Assembly: GCA_965243025.1 (NCBI GenBank)
Contig: CBDETY010000003.1
Span: forward strand, 4,736,001-4,800,000
Source: Candidatus Latescibacterota bacterium
GTDB taxonomy: Bacteria > Latescibacterota > UBA2968 > UBA8231
Direction of reading: 5' to 3'
DNA length: 64,000 bases
Under the pieces are notes generated by a model, which had not been told where the DNA came from, ran no database searches, and saw only the letters and a list, made by a program, of their open reading frames with translations. The translations under genes were made by a program, and so were the position numbers. Shown one piece after another: positions 21,450 through 32,301 of this stretch; the stretch's first letter is position 1, and each line of letters opens with the position of its first letter.

Positions 21450-22276
21450 GATCGGTAGATGTCGTTTTCCGTTGGTACAGGTGATTCCGCCGCCGGATTT
21501 TCCAAGGTAACCGCTGCCTCTGAAAGCGGCAATCCGCCCGCCTGCACGCCCGGGTCATCAGGCATGGGCCCCAGCAGTTCCGGCGCGACCATCTCGCTGC
21601 GGCATTCGAAGACCGCTTCGAACTGGCGCCTGACGATGGCGCCGACCTCGTCGATTCCGGGAGCAGTTCCCCCCAGCAGCCGGGCAACCGAGGTCACGTC
21701 GACGTCGAGCCCGCATGGGCGGATCCAGCGGAAGGGGTCGAGGTCGGTGGTCACATTGAGCGCAAATCCATGCATGGTGATCCAGCGGCGGACGTGCACC
21801 CCGATGGCGGCGATCTTCCGGTCCTCAACCCAGACCCCGGTAAGGCCGCGGCGCCTTCGGGCAACGACTCCAAGCTCGGACAGCGTCCGGATCAGCACCT
21901 CTTCGAGCTCGCGGATGAAGCGGTGGATGTCCCGCCCCCTGGGGCGCAGGTCGACGATCGGGTAACCGACGATCTGACCGGGACCGTGATAGGTGATGCT
22001 GCCCCCCCGCTCGATCCGGTGTATCGATATCCCCCTGGCGGCAGCGGCCGCGAGGTGGCCGGGTCGGGTCGAACGGCCCAGGGTGTAGCTCGGCGGATGG
22101 TCCAGAAGCAGGAGAAGATCGGGAAGCTCGCCGGAGGCCCGGCGCTCGCGCAGGGTTTTCTGCCACTGCCAGGCCCTGTCGTACGGGACGGTCCCGGCGG
22201 GGCATACCAGCAGACGCGGCGGGCCCCGGTGCCCGCTGCCCCCAGGCGGGCTGTTATTGCTAGGCTCCGGGGTCAT
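21446..22276 (-). CDS. lipB: Lipoyl(octanoyl) transferase
   Basis: [36 protein letters not shown]. Confidence 0.95.
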   Translation of the reverse strand: MTPEPSNNSPPGGSGHRGPPRLLVCPAGTVPYDRAWQWQKTLRERRASGELPDLLLLLDHPPSYTLGRSTRPGHLAAAAARGISIHRIERGGSITYHGPGQIVGYPIVDLRPRGRDIHRFIRELEEVLIRTLSELGVVARRRRGLTGVWVEDRKIAAIGVHVRRWITMHGFALNVTTDLDPFRWIRPCGLDVDVTSVARLLGGTAPGIDEVGAIVRRQFEAVFECRSEMVAPELLGPMPDDPGVQAGGLPLSEAAVTLENPAAESPVPTENDIYRS

Positions 22277-22303
22277 CCTTATATTCGCAACTTCGCTTTG
22301 TTG

Positions 22304-22334
22304 AAGTAGCACTCCTGTCCTTAGAGTGCTACTT
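22304..22334 (+). promoter_or_regulatory. CIRCE element (HrcA operator) upstream of groEL
   Basis: AAGTAGCACTC-N9-GAGTGCTACTT, a perfect inverted repeat matching TTAGCACTC-N9-GAGTGCTAA at 8/9 positions per arm. Confidence 0.92.
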
Positions 22335-22403
22335 TCAGTTCCGCCAGGAATCGACCTCAACTCCCCTCACCACTACCAGAACAAGAGTCAGGAGGATTCG
22401 GCC

Positions 22404-24029
<1,626 letters not shown>

Positions 24030-24045
24030 TCCCATCCGGCGATCC

Positions 24046-24092
24046 AAAAAGAAGGGGGGTTCCGCAGACACAGCGGAACCCCCCTTTTCTGT
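24046..24092. terminator. Bidirectional intrinsic terminator between groEL and the convergent bactofilin gene
   Basis: AAAAAGAAGGGGGGTTCCGC-7 nt-GCGGAACCCCCCTTTTCT. Confidence 0.9.
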
Positions 24093-24121
24093 TTCCGGAA
24101 ACCGGCGTTGGCGCGGTTCTG

Positions 24122-24508
24122 CTAGGGTCCGTCCCCTTCGGTGGAACCCGGAGTAACCTCCGCGCCCGTGCCGGATTCCTCCGGGTAGGAATAGTCGACC
24201 TGAGCCCCCTCCTCGATCACCAGGTGGGGGGTCCTGACGGATCCCCGAAACCGGGAAGTCGAGGCGAGGCGGACACTTTGTATGGCTGCGATTCTGCCCA
24301 CCACGCGGCCTTTGATAACAGCTTCCTCCACTTCGATCTCCTCTGCCTCGACGATGCCTTCTTCACTTACGGTCAGGGCTCCGGACGTCCTCAGACGCCC
24401 GCTGAGCTTTCCGTCGACGCGCACGGGATGGTCGATATCGAATACCCCGTCCACTTGCGCGTCGCGGCCGATTACCGTGCCCTCCTCTTCTCCTTTCCCG
24501 GCGTTCAT
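24122..24508 (-). CDS. Bactofilin (polymer-forming cytoskeletal protein, CcmA-like)
   Basis: TVIG...VRVDGKLSG...G.V.GRI.A...LVIEEGA beta-helix repeats. Confidence 0.88.
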   Translation of the reverse strand: MNAGKGEEEGTVIGRDAQVDGVFDIDHPVRVDGKLSGRLRTSGALTVSEEGIVEAEEIEVEEAVIKGRVVGRIAAIQSVRLASTSRFRGSVRTPHLVIEEGAQVDYSYPEESGTGAEVTPGSTEGDGP

Positions 24509-25260
24509 AACCACAGACGGAAACGGCTGGGGTCCCGGACTTCCCCGTTTTCAACCACAGCGTAGTAAATCCCCGGAATTCCACCGCCCGGCGGTGCGCC
24601 GGACAGCGCTACCGGCTGGCCCCGGAAAACGTACTCACCGGGTTCGGCCAGGAGTATGCGATTGTGGCCGTACTGACTGGAAAGGCCGCTGCCGTGATCG
24701 ATGCGCAGTGCGTACCCGAGCCGCCGGTCGTAACCTGCCTCCGTCACCCGGCCAGCTGCCGTCGCCCGCACCAGGCTCCCCGGCGGCGTGGCGATGAGCA
24801 CCCCCTTCCTGCCGGAAGATTGGCGGAGGACGCCCCGGACAGGCCACAGTGCCGGGACGGTGCGGATCTGACCGTGTTGCAGCCGGAACACCGAAGAGAC
24901 GAAGCGGCCGCGATAGCGGCCGGCGGCCGAACCTTGCTGCGGGGAGTGGTAACCGCTCCGGCTGCCCAGTATGCGGCGCAGCTGGTCGCTCTGGCTCTGC
25001 AGGCGACCGAGGGTTTCCTCGAGTTCGTCGATCTGCATCACCGCTTCGGTCAGGTGCCGCCGTTCCCTTTCCAGCCGCTCCACCTCGGAAGAGAGGGTAT
25101 GTGCCTCGAAGAGGTAACGGGCCCCGATGGCCAGCAACACGGCTGCGCCCGCAGCGAGCAGCGCCAGAAACCAGACTATGACGCGCGGTATCTTGAATTC
25201 GTAGGTGCGCCCCCCCTCTTCGGGGATGAGCAACATCGTAAATTTGCGCCCGGGAGACAC
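24505..25260 (-). CDS. M23 family peptidase-like protein (TM + coiled coil + LytM domain with degenerate active site)
   Basis: TMLLIP, TM helix, coiled coil, PALWPVRG, VRATAAGRV, IDHG.G..SQYGHN, V.RGQ.VALSG; stop overlaps the bactofilin start. Confidence 0.8.
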   Translation of the reverse strand: MSPGRKFTMLLIPEEGGRTYEFKIPRVIVWFLALLAAGAAVLLAIGARYLFEAHTLSSEVERLERERRHLTEAVMQIDELEETLGRLQSQSDQLRRILGSRSGYHSPQQGSAAGRYRGRFVSSVFRLQHGQIRTVPALWPVRGVLRQSSGRKGVLIATPPGSLVRATAAGRVTEAGYDRRLGYALRIDHGSGLSSQYGHNRILLAEPGEYVFRGQPVALSGAPPGGGIPGIYYAVVENGEVRDPSRFRLWL

Positions 25261-25381
25261 GGTGTTATGCCCTCGCCTCGGAGGGGGTCGATTCCGAGGC
25301 CCCCCGAATAACAGCGGCGGCAACTCGACCCGGACTGCTGCCGGGACCGCTGCAGTCCGGCGCGAAGGGGCGGTTACTCCT

Positions 25382-25410
25382 TTGTCGGAAATGCATGATG
25401 GATATAATAT
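25382..25410 (+). promoter_or_regulatory. Candidate sigma70 promoter
   Basis: TTGTCG ... TATAAT/TAATAT in an AT-rich patch upstream of ATG 25437. Confidence 0.45.
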
Positions 25411-25436
25411 GACACTATTCCCGCTCAACGTGTGAC

Positions 25437-26012
25437 ATGCCGCGACCCATTCGAAACAGACCTCTCACGGCGGAATCGCAGGCCGGGCTGCGCAGGTTCT
25501 TCCAGCACATGGTGGCCCCTTCTTTCGGTATGCTGGGCCTGCAGAGCCGCGAGCTGATCGACTACGTAACCCGGCTGCTCTCCGATTTTGCCCGCACCGA
25601 CGAGCTCTACCGGATCCGCGACGCTCGCGGCCGGCGCCTGGAAACCGTGGCCGCCATGCTGCTGGAACTGATGCGGGCGTGGAACTCCGCGGTCCCCTAC
25701 CGGTATGAACGGGAAGTGGAGGTGCGACGGCACTGCGGCGACTACACCCTGTTCATGAGCGGCCTCTTCCGCGCTCACCTGGAAGCCGAATCCCTCCTGG
25801 ACTACTACCTCGAGCAGGGGCAACAGGCATACGGCATCGTTGCCGAGCGCATGGAAATGACGATGTCGCCGCAGGCATCGGTGTTCAAGGCGCTCGCCGC
25901 GGAGTTCGAGTCGGTTTCCGGGGCCCTCGACTACATGCGCAAGGTCTACATGCGTCCCGGACAGCGGACCGGTCCTTACGAGGACCTGCTGCGGCAGCTG
26001 GACCTCAACTAG
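25437..26012 (+). CDS. Hypothetical alpha-helical protein
   Basis: Coding-like composition (DYVTRLLSDF, HCGDYTLFMSGLF, YYLEQGQQAY) with a candidate promoter of its own. Confidence 0.75.
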   Translation: MPRPIRNRPLTAESQAGLRRFFQHMVAPSFGMLGLQSRELIDYVTRLLSDFARTDELYRIRDARGRRLETVAAMLLELMRAWNSAVPYRYEREVEVRRHCGDYTLFMSGLFRAHLEAESLLDYYLEQGQQAYGIVAERMEMTMSPQASVFKALAAEFESVSGALDYMRKVYMRPGQRTGPYEDLLRQLDLN

Positions 26013-26776
26013 CCCTTGCCCGCCCCCCGGCATACCGCGAGGAAATCCTCGTTGGAAGCCGAAAACCCGATCTGCTGCTCCGCTTCGCGAACCGCAAGCT
26101 CGGTCGCCGTCAGTGCGCCCAGGGTATCGGGGAACTCCACCCCCATGGTTGCGTCGCGCAGCAGAATCAGGTTGTAGCCCCGCCTGCGCATGGCGCGCAT
26201 CCCGTAGTCCCGGCCCAGTACGCACCAGTTTGTCGCGAATCCGGCAAACACCAGGTGCAGGATCCGCCGCTCGCGGCAGAGATCGTGCAACTGCTGGCCG
26301 GTGGCGACAACAAAGTCGTCGTCCTCTACCTCTATGGCCGGAGACATGCCGAGCGGCTCTATCCGGGGAATGCCGGGAGGCTGGTCCCGGGGGCCGCGGT
26401 AAGCGGCATAAGCCCCCTGCCGGTTACGGAAGTCGGCCGGCGGCCAGTCCGGCTCCGGCTCGTGCGGCGGCGGCCGGTGGCGCGCGAGCTGATCGAACTG
26501 CGCCGCCACTTCGGGGCAGGGGGCGTGAACGATGGTGAGGCCTGCCGTACGGGCAGCCTCCAGGACGGGAACCACGGCCTCCCGCGTCACCTGCGATGCC
26601 CGTTCCAGCCAGCTCTCGATGAAGTGGTTGTTCCACACGTCGACCAGCACCAGGGCGGTTTCGCGGACTGGAAGTGACATGGTCGTCTCGCGCCTGATGA
26701 AAAACTCTTCGCGGTACGGCTGGCCCTTCGGAGGACTGTCCTGGAAATAACGGACCGTCAAATGGATCGGCTTCAT
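26009..26776 (-). CDS. Isochorismatase/cysteine hydrolase family protein
   Basis: TALVLVDVW, AGFATNWCV, ILLRDAT. Confidence 0.85.
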   Translation of the reverse strand: MKPIHLTVRYFQDSPPKGQPYREEFFIRRETTMSLPVRETALVLVDVWNNHFIESWLERASQVTREAVVPVLEAARTAGLTIVHAPCPEVAAQFDQLARHRPPPHEPEPDWPPADFRNRQGAYAAYRGPRDQPPGIPRIEPLGMSPAIEVEDDDFVVATGQQLHDLCRERRILHLVFAGFATNWCVLGRDYGMRAMRRRGYNLILLRDATMGVEFPDTLGALTATELAVREAEQQIGFSASNEDFLAVCRGAGKG

Positions 26777-26840
26777 CGGTTCTCTCCGGGAAAGGACGGC
26801 ACCGGGCGGCGCACTTCCTCAGCGCCTGGGAAGCGACCGT

Positions 26841-27341
26841 TCAACTGCCGGAATCTTCGTCTGCTTCGGCCTCCACGAACACACCGCATCGCAGCATCCC
26901 CGATCCGTAGTACGGATTGGCGATCTCCCCTTCCTTCTGAATCCAGTGCGCCCCCTCCCAGTCGAAGGCCATCGGACAATGGGCGACCCGGTAACCCTCG
27001 GGGAGCTCGCTGTCGAGCAGGGCGTTCGACAGCGGCAGGAACGCGGCGCGCAAAGTCTCGATGTCGGCAGCAGCAGCGGCGGCAGCGGCCAGCCCGGCAC
27101 CCTCCGGGTCCAGGTGCTCCTGCATCGCCGCCACGGCCTGACGTGCCGGCTCGAAGCTGTCGGCGGCCAGGGCTTCCTGCGCCCTCAGGTAGGACTCGAG
27201 AGCGCCGTCAAGCCCCGCGGCACTGCCCGGTTCCGATGCCCCGGAGGCATCGCCGGGTGCCCGTTCGGGCTCGCTGCCGCAGGCGGCGGCAAGGGCGGCC
27301 GCCGCCAATAGACCAATCCGTGCGAACCGCAGCGGGGTCAT
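26841..27341 (-). CDS. DUF3347-like lipoprotein (heavy-metal-associated)
   Basis: LAAA|C lipobox; YL..QEALAAD, R.AF..LS, HCPMA, W.Q....IANPYYG..MLRCG. Confidence 0.8.
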   Translation of the reverse strand: MTPLRFARIGLLAAAALAAACGSEPERAPGDASGASEPGSAAGLDGALESYLRAQEALAADSFEPARQAVAAMQEHLDPEGAGLAAAAAAAADIETLRAAFLPLSNALLDSELPEGYRVAHCPMAFDWEGAHWIQKEGEIANPYYGSGMLRCGVFVEAEADEDSGS

Positions 27342-28075
27342 GAGCCGGCCGCCGCGAAGGGAAAGGTATCGGCCGCTTCCCCTGGAGGCCGCGACACGTG
27401 CCAGATGCCGGCGTACATCGGCGCGACATGGTAGTGGCAGACCACGTTGCTGCGTTCCATATCTTCCCTCTCCTTGGCTCCCTGATGGGGGATGTGGCTC
27501 AGGAACACTACGGCGTCTCCCGCCATGGGATGGAGAACGACGTGTTCCTGCCCCTCGCACCACTCCTCGAACCGGGGGCGGTCCAGCGGGTGCAGATGCG
27601 GCGGCTCCACGAGGTGGCCGCCCCTGATGAACTTCAGGTGGCCGTCCCCGGGGTTGTTGTCCTGCAGGTAGAAGGTCGTGTTGACTCCGGCGGGCTGCAC
27701 GGCGAGCCGGTGGCGCCCGACACGCCGTCTTTCCTCCCAGTACCCGTAGAAATCCATGTGCCACTCCTGCAGGTAGGGCCCGGGATTGATGTGGCAGCGC
27801 AGGCTGCGCAGCTGGCACTGCCGGCCCATCATGCCCTCGAGAAAGGGAGCCACGCTCGGGTGAGCAACCAGGAACCGGAAATTTCCGGGCTCGCGTTGCA
27901 GGAGGGAGTCGAACCACATGTTGCCGACCGCGTTGAGCCCCTCTTCCCACCCCATCTCACGGGCGTGGTCGACCCGCTTCCTGACGCCCTCGGTCTCGGC
28001 TGCGGTCAGGGCGCCGGGAACGTGGAGGAAGCCCTCGCGTTCGAGGGTGTCGAGCTGTCCGTTTCGGTCGGCCAT
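27338..28075 (-). CDS. Phytanoyl-CoA dioxygenase (PhyH) family Fe/2OG enzyme
   Basis: EGFLHVPGAL, WHMD, GGH, AGDAVVF...H. Confidence 0.85.
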   Translation of the reverse strand: MADRNGQLDTLEREGFLHVPGALTAAETEGVRKRVDHAREMGWEEGLNAVGNMWFDSLLQREPGNFRFLVAHPSVAPFLEGMMGRQCQLRSLRCHINPGPYLQEWHMDFYGYWEERRRVGRHRLAVQPAGVNTTFYLQDNNPGDGHLKFIRGGHLVEPPHLHPLDRPRFEEWCEGQEHVVLHPMAGDAVVFLSHIPHQGAKEREDMERSNVVCHYHVAPMYAGIWHVSRPPGEAADTFPFAAAGS

Positions 28076-28121
28076 CTGTCTCAGGGGGTCCTGAAAACGA
28101 TTCGTCCCCTCGGCGGTTCGC

Positions 28122-28287
28122 TAGTGCCCCGTCGCAGAAATATCTCGACATTGGGACGCCGATCCATCCCGGCTCACGGCGTTGCCTTCGCTCCCCGTAC
28201 ACCCTCGGTACGACTCGCTCAGGCGCCTTGTGAGCCGGGCGCCTCGGCATCCCAATTTTGTCAATCTATCTCTGCGACGGGACACTA
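28122..28287. mobile_element. MITE (non-autonomous element, IS630/Tc1-mariner-like ends)
   Basis: Imperfect ~40-bp terminal inverted repeats TAGTG(C/T)CCCGTCGCAGA(A/G)ATA...TTGGGA(C/T)GCCGA with TA at both ends; inner stem CCCGGCTCAC/GTGAGCCGGG; no transposase. Confidence 0.75.
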
Positions 28288-28588
28288 TGTCCCGGGGTCC
28301 GAAACCCAAATATTGCCCAACCTCTCCCCTGTCTCAAGCAACCCGGCAGCACCTGCCCTTTTGTTCCGGCAACGGCCGGGTGCAGGTGCCTCGGGGGCGG
28401 CGGCTGAGACGAAGCGCCAGCCTCATTTCGGCGCGGGCATGCCCGGGGCACTGGAAAGCCGGCTGCCGGCCAGGGGTTTCAGGGATCCCGGGGCGTGCCC
28501 AGGGAGTCCCGACTCCCACAGGGTACGGAGTGTAACCCCCCGGATACGCGCCGGCGCGTCGTCGGCCCGGACTTCCGGGTGGCCCCGC

Positions 28589-28604
28589 GGGCACGTGATT
28601 TGCG
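28589..28604 (+). promoter_or_regulatory. Candidate sigma54 -24/-12 promoter of comM
   Basis: GGGCACGTGATTTGCG with GG and GC correctly spaced; predicted +1 at about 28615, next to ATG 28616. Confidence 0.5.
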
Positions 28605-28615
28605 GCCCGATCCCC

Positions 28616-30142
28616 ATGCCGGCCACCGTCCTGAGCGCCGCAACCCTCGGTATCGACGCCTATCTCGTCCACGTCGAGGTCGACACCGACCGCCACCTGC
28701 CGACCTTCTGCGTCGTCGGCCTGCCCGACAGCGCGGTGCGCGAGAGCCGGGAGCGCGTCATGGCGGCGATCCGCAATGCAGGTTTCCAGTGGCCGCGACG
28801 GCGCGTCACCGTGAACCTCGCCCCGGCAGGTATCCGCAAGGTCGGATCCGCCTTCGACCTGCCGATCGCCGTGGGAATCCTCGTGGCCTCCGGGCAGGTC
28901 GACACCCCCCGCCTGAGCGACTTCGTGCTGTTGGGAGAACTCTCCCTCGACGCCAGTCTGCGCCCGGTCACCGGTGCACTCTCCGTGGCCACCGACATGG
29001 AACCGGAGGTCTACGGAATGATCGTGCCCCGGCAGAACGCCCGCGAGGCAGCTCTCGCCGGAGGCCCCCTGGTCTACGGCGTCGGCACCCTGCGCGAGGC
29101 GGTGGAGATACTCGAAGGCAGCGTGCGCGTCGCCCCCCACGACTTCGACGACGCCCAGGTTCTCGCCAAGGGCATTCACCCTGATTTCGATTTCGCCGAC
29201 GTCGGGGGCCAGCAGCACGCCAAGCGCGCCCTCGAGGTCGCCGCCGCGGGGTCGCACAACATCCTGATGATCGGCCCCCCCGGTTCGGGCAAGACCATGC
29301 TCGCCCGCCGGGTGCCGTCGATCCTCGCCGACATGTCGCTGGAAGAAGCGCTGGCGACGACCAAGATACACTCCGTGGCCGGAGCGCTGCCGCCCGGGGA
29401 AGCCGTCGTCGCCTCGCGCCCGTTCCGGGCGCCGCATCACACCATTTCCAATGCCGGGCTTGTCGGTGGGGGCTCGCACCCGCGGCCCGGGGAGGTTTCC
29501 CTCGCCCATCACGGGGTTCTCTTCCTCGACGAGCTGCCGGAGTTCCAGAAGCACGTGATCGAGGCCTTGCGGCAACCCCTGGAGGACCACCGCATCACCA
29601 TCGGCCGCGCTTCGGTGACCCTGTCGTTTCCCGCCCGCTTCATGCTGATCGCCGCCATGAACCCCTGCCCGTGCGGGTTCCTCTCCGACCCGAGGCGGGA
29701 CTGCACCTGCACGCCGTTGCTTGTCGAGCGCTACCGCGCCCGTATCTCAGGGCCGCTCCTCGACCGCATCGACATCCACATCGACGTACCGGGCGTCGAG
29801 TACCGGGAGCTCGCGTCCCGCTCCGATCGGGTACCGTCGTCCGATTTCAGACAGCGTGTCGAAGGGGCGCGGCGGATTCAGCGGCACCGCTTCGAAGAAC
29901 GCGAGGACCTCTTCTGCAACGGCCATATGGAAGCCAGGGACATTCGCCGTTACTGCCCCCTCACCGAGGGGGGCGAGAAACTGCTCGGCCGGGCGATCGA
30001 GACCCTCGGACTCTCTGCGCGCGCTTACGACCGGATCCTCAAAGTCGGCCGGACGATCGCCGATCTCGACCGCGCCGACGACATCTCGGAACAGCACATT
30101 TCCGAGGCGATACAGTACCGCACGCTCGATCGGGCCGTTTGA
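28616..30142 (+). CDS. comM: YifB/ComM Mg-chelatase-like AAA+ ATPase
   Basis: VGLPDSAVRESRERV, NLAPA, GPPGSGKTMLA, PFRAPHHT, LFLDELPEF, NPCPCG, SGPLLDRID. Confidence 0.95.
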   Translation: MPATVLSAATLGIDAYLVHVEVDTDRHLPTFCVVGLPDSAVRESRERVMAAIRNAGFQWPRRRVTVNLAPAGIRKVGSAFDLPIAVGILVASGQVDTPRLSDFVLLGELSLDASLRPVTGALSVATDMEPEVYGMIVPRQNAREAALAGGPLVYGVGTLREAVEILEGSVRVAPHDFDDAQVLAKGIHPDFDFADVGGQQHAKRALEVAAAGSHNILMIGPPGSGKTMLARRVPSILADMSLEEALATTKIHSVAGALPPGEAVVASRPFRAPHHTISNAGLVGGGSHPRPGEVSLAHHGVLFLDELPEFQKHVIEALRQPLEDHRITIGRASVTLSFPARFMLIAAMNPCPCGFLSDPRRDCTCTPLLVERYRARISGPLLDRIDIHIDVPGVEYRELASRSDRVPSSDFRQRVEGARRIQRHRFEEREDLFCNGHMEARDIRRYCPLTEGGEKLLGRAIETLGLSARAYDRILKVGRTIADLDRADDISEQHISEAIQYRTLDRAV

Positions 30143-30224
30143 GAGCCCGGGAGATCTCCATACCTTTCCCCCGAGCACCCGGCGCTGAGCCGGGCCGCGG
30201 TCCCACCTCACAGAGAGCAAGGAA

Positions 30225-31253
30225 ATGACTGACGCTTCCCGGTTTTTCGTGTTTGTCGCTCTAACCGGCGACGAAGAGATCAGGACGTATTCGATGGACG
30301 CCGCAAGCGGCGCCCTGGAACTGGCCGGGGTCAGCCCGGCGCACGGCCCGATCGGGGCCCTGACCCCGGGGCCCTCCGGTGACCGGGTCTACGGGGCCCA
30401 CGTCGGCTCGACCGAGCTTTCGAGCTACCGTCTGGACCGGGGGACCGGCGCCCTGGAGCATATAAACAAGGTGGCGACAGGACACGCCACTCCCGCTCTC
30501 GCGGTCGCCGGCGGAGGCGGCCGTTTCCTGATCGCAGGGTACTACACCGGGGGCGGAGTGACCGTGCACGCGATCGCCGGCGACGGCTCCATCGGGGATC
30601 TGGTACAGCGCGTCGACACCGGGGAGAAAGCCCACGCCGTGCTGATCGATCCGACCGAGCGGTTCGTGTTCATCCCCCACGTCTGTCCCGTCAACAAGAC
30701 CTCCCAGTTCCGCTTCGACAGCAGCTCGGGACAACTGACGGCGAACGACCCTGCCGAAGTGATCCCGCCCGACGACTACACCGGACCGCGCCACATGTGC
30801 TTCGGCCCCGGGGGCGACGTCGTCTACACCGTCAACGAGCAGGGAAACAGCGTCACTGCTCACCGCTACGACGCCGGCGGCGGAACGCTTGAGATCTTCC
30901 AGACCGTCTCGACCCTGCCGGAGGGTTACGCCGAGACCAGCCACTGCGCCCACGTCGAGGTCCACCCCAACGGCAGGTGGCTCTACGCTTCGAACCGGGG
31001 GCCCGGGGATTCCATCGCCGGGTTCGAAATCGCCGGAGACGGCACCCTCACCCCGTTCGGCCACTTCCCCGTGCCCTCGAGCCCGCGATCGTTCAACATC
31101 GACCCGGGCGGGCGCTTCTGTTACTGCACCGGAGAGGCCGCCAACCTGATGCGCTGCTTCCGGATCGACGAGGAGTCCGGGAGCCTGGAGCCCTTCGGGG
31201 AGGACATCGAGGTCGGAAAGTCCCCGTTCTGGACGATGGTTCTCGGTTTCTGA
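30225..31253 (+). CDS. 6-phosphogluconolactonase-like 7-bladed beta-propeller (lactonase family)
   Basis: AHAV..DP, GPRH, YASNRG, PRSFNID. Confidence 0.88.
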   Translation: MTDASRFFVFVALTGDEEIRTYSMDAASGALELAGVSPAHGPIGALTPGPSGDRVYGAHVGSTELSSYRLDRGTGALEHINKVATGHATPALAVAGGGGRFLIAGYYTGGGVTVHAIAGDGSIGDLVQRVDTGEKAHAVLIDPTERFVFIPHVCPVNKTSQFRFDSSSGQLTANDPAEVIPPDDYTGPRHMCFGPGGDVVYTVNEQGNSVTAHRYDAGGGTLEIFQTVSTLPEGYAETSHCAHVEVHPNGRWLYASNRGPGDSIAGFEIAGDGTLTPFGHFPVPSSPRSFNIDPGGRFCYCTGEAANLMRCFRIDEESGSLEPFGEDIEVGKSPFWTMVLGF

Positions 31254-31290
31254 GCGTCAGAAACCCGGTCCAGGGCCCAGGCGGCGCCCT

Positions 31291-32301
31291 TCAGTCATCC
31301 GCCTCCGAAAGGGCGCGACCCCGGTCCGCCGCCCGCCGGCTGCGCTCACTCCAGCCCCTGGCCGCGTACTGCCTGGACAGCTCCGCCCAGACTTCCACCC
31401 TCTCCGGCATGCGGACCGTCAGGACCTCCAGCCTCGGTATCGCCTCCTCGCTGTTTCCCAGTTCCGCGTACGCCATCGCCAACTGGTAGAACGCCTCCCT
31501 GTCCGCCGGATCGATGGCGAGGGCGGATTCGAGGGCCTCGATTGCCTGGAACGGCTCCCCGAGAGCGCGCCGGACCCGGCCAAGGCCGAGGAGCGACGAC
31601 GAGTCCGCGGCATCGATCAGCGTCAGCTGCCGGTACAGCTCTCCAGCCTCTTCCAGCTCGCCGAGCTGCTCGCAAAGGGCCGCGAGCTTGCGCGTTCCCC
31701 CGTCGTGAAAGGGATCCTGTTCGCGAAGCTTCCGGAAGGCTTCCAGAGCGTCGCTGTGGCGCCCCATGGCGATGTACACGCTGCCGATGTTGAGGAGCGC
31801 ATCCTCGTCCGCCGGATTGCTTTCCAGGAGATGGCCGTAGGCCCCCGCGGCCGCGGCGAGACTATCGAGACTGTAGTAGACGTATGCGAGGTTTCTCCGG
31901 GCGTCCCTCGATTCCGGATCGATGATGGCGGCGTTGCGGAAAGCGACCAGCCCACCGGGGTAGTCGGGCGGGTGGTGGCGCACCAGGCCGATGCCGCGGT
32001 TGTATTCCTCGTTGAAATACCGGACCCTCAACCTGGTGATGGTGACGTCGTACTCGGAGCTCAACTCGAGCGAACGCGCAAAGGCCGCCGCCATGGCCTC
32101 GAAGTCGCCCTGGGCGGCGTGCACCCGGCCCAGCCAGAAGTGGGCTTCGGGGTTCCCGGGAGACTGCTGTATCCCCAGCTCCAGGTACTGGCGGGCCTTG
32201 TCGTAATCCTTCTCTTCTTCGTAGTAGGCCTTGCCCGCTATGATGGCGCTCTGGCAGCCGCACAGGGCTGCCGCTACGCAGGCCGCCCCGAGAACCCGCA
32301 T
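31291..32301 (-). CDS. Tetratricopeptide-repeat lipoprotein
   Basis: ALCG|C lipobox; repeated TPR units (EAHFWLG, ARRNLAY, ALLNIG, AFYQLA). Confidence 0.85.
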   Translation of the reverse strand: MRVLGAACVAAALCGCQSAIIAGKAYYEEEKDYDKARQYLELGIQQSPGNPEAHFWLGRVHAAQGDFEAMAAAFARSLELSSEYDVTITRLRVRYFNEEYNRGIGLVRHHPPDYPGGLVAFRNAAIIDPESRDARRNLAYVYYSLDSLAAAAGAYGHLLESNPADEDALLNIGSVYIAMGRHSDALEAFRKLREQDPFHDGGTRKLAALCEQLGELEEAGELYRQLTLIDAADSSSLLGLGRVRRALGEPFQAIEALESALAIDPADREAFYQLAMAYAELGNSEEAIPRLEVLTVRMPERVEVWAELSRQYAARGWSERSRRAADRGRALSEADD

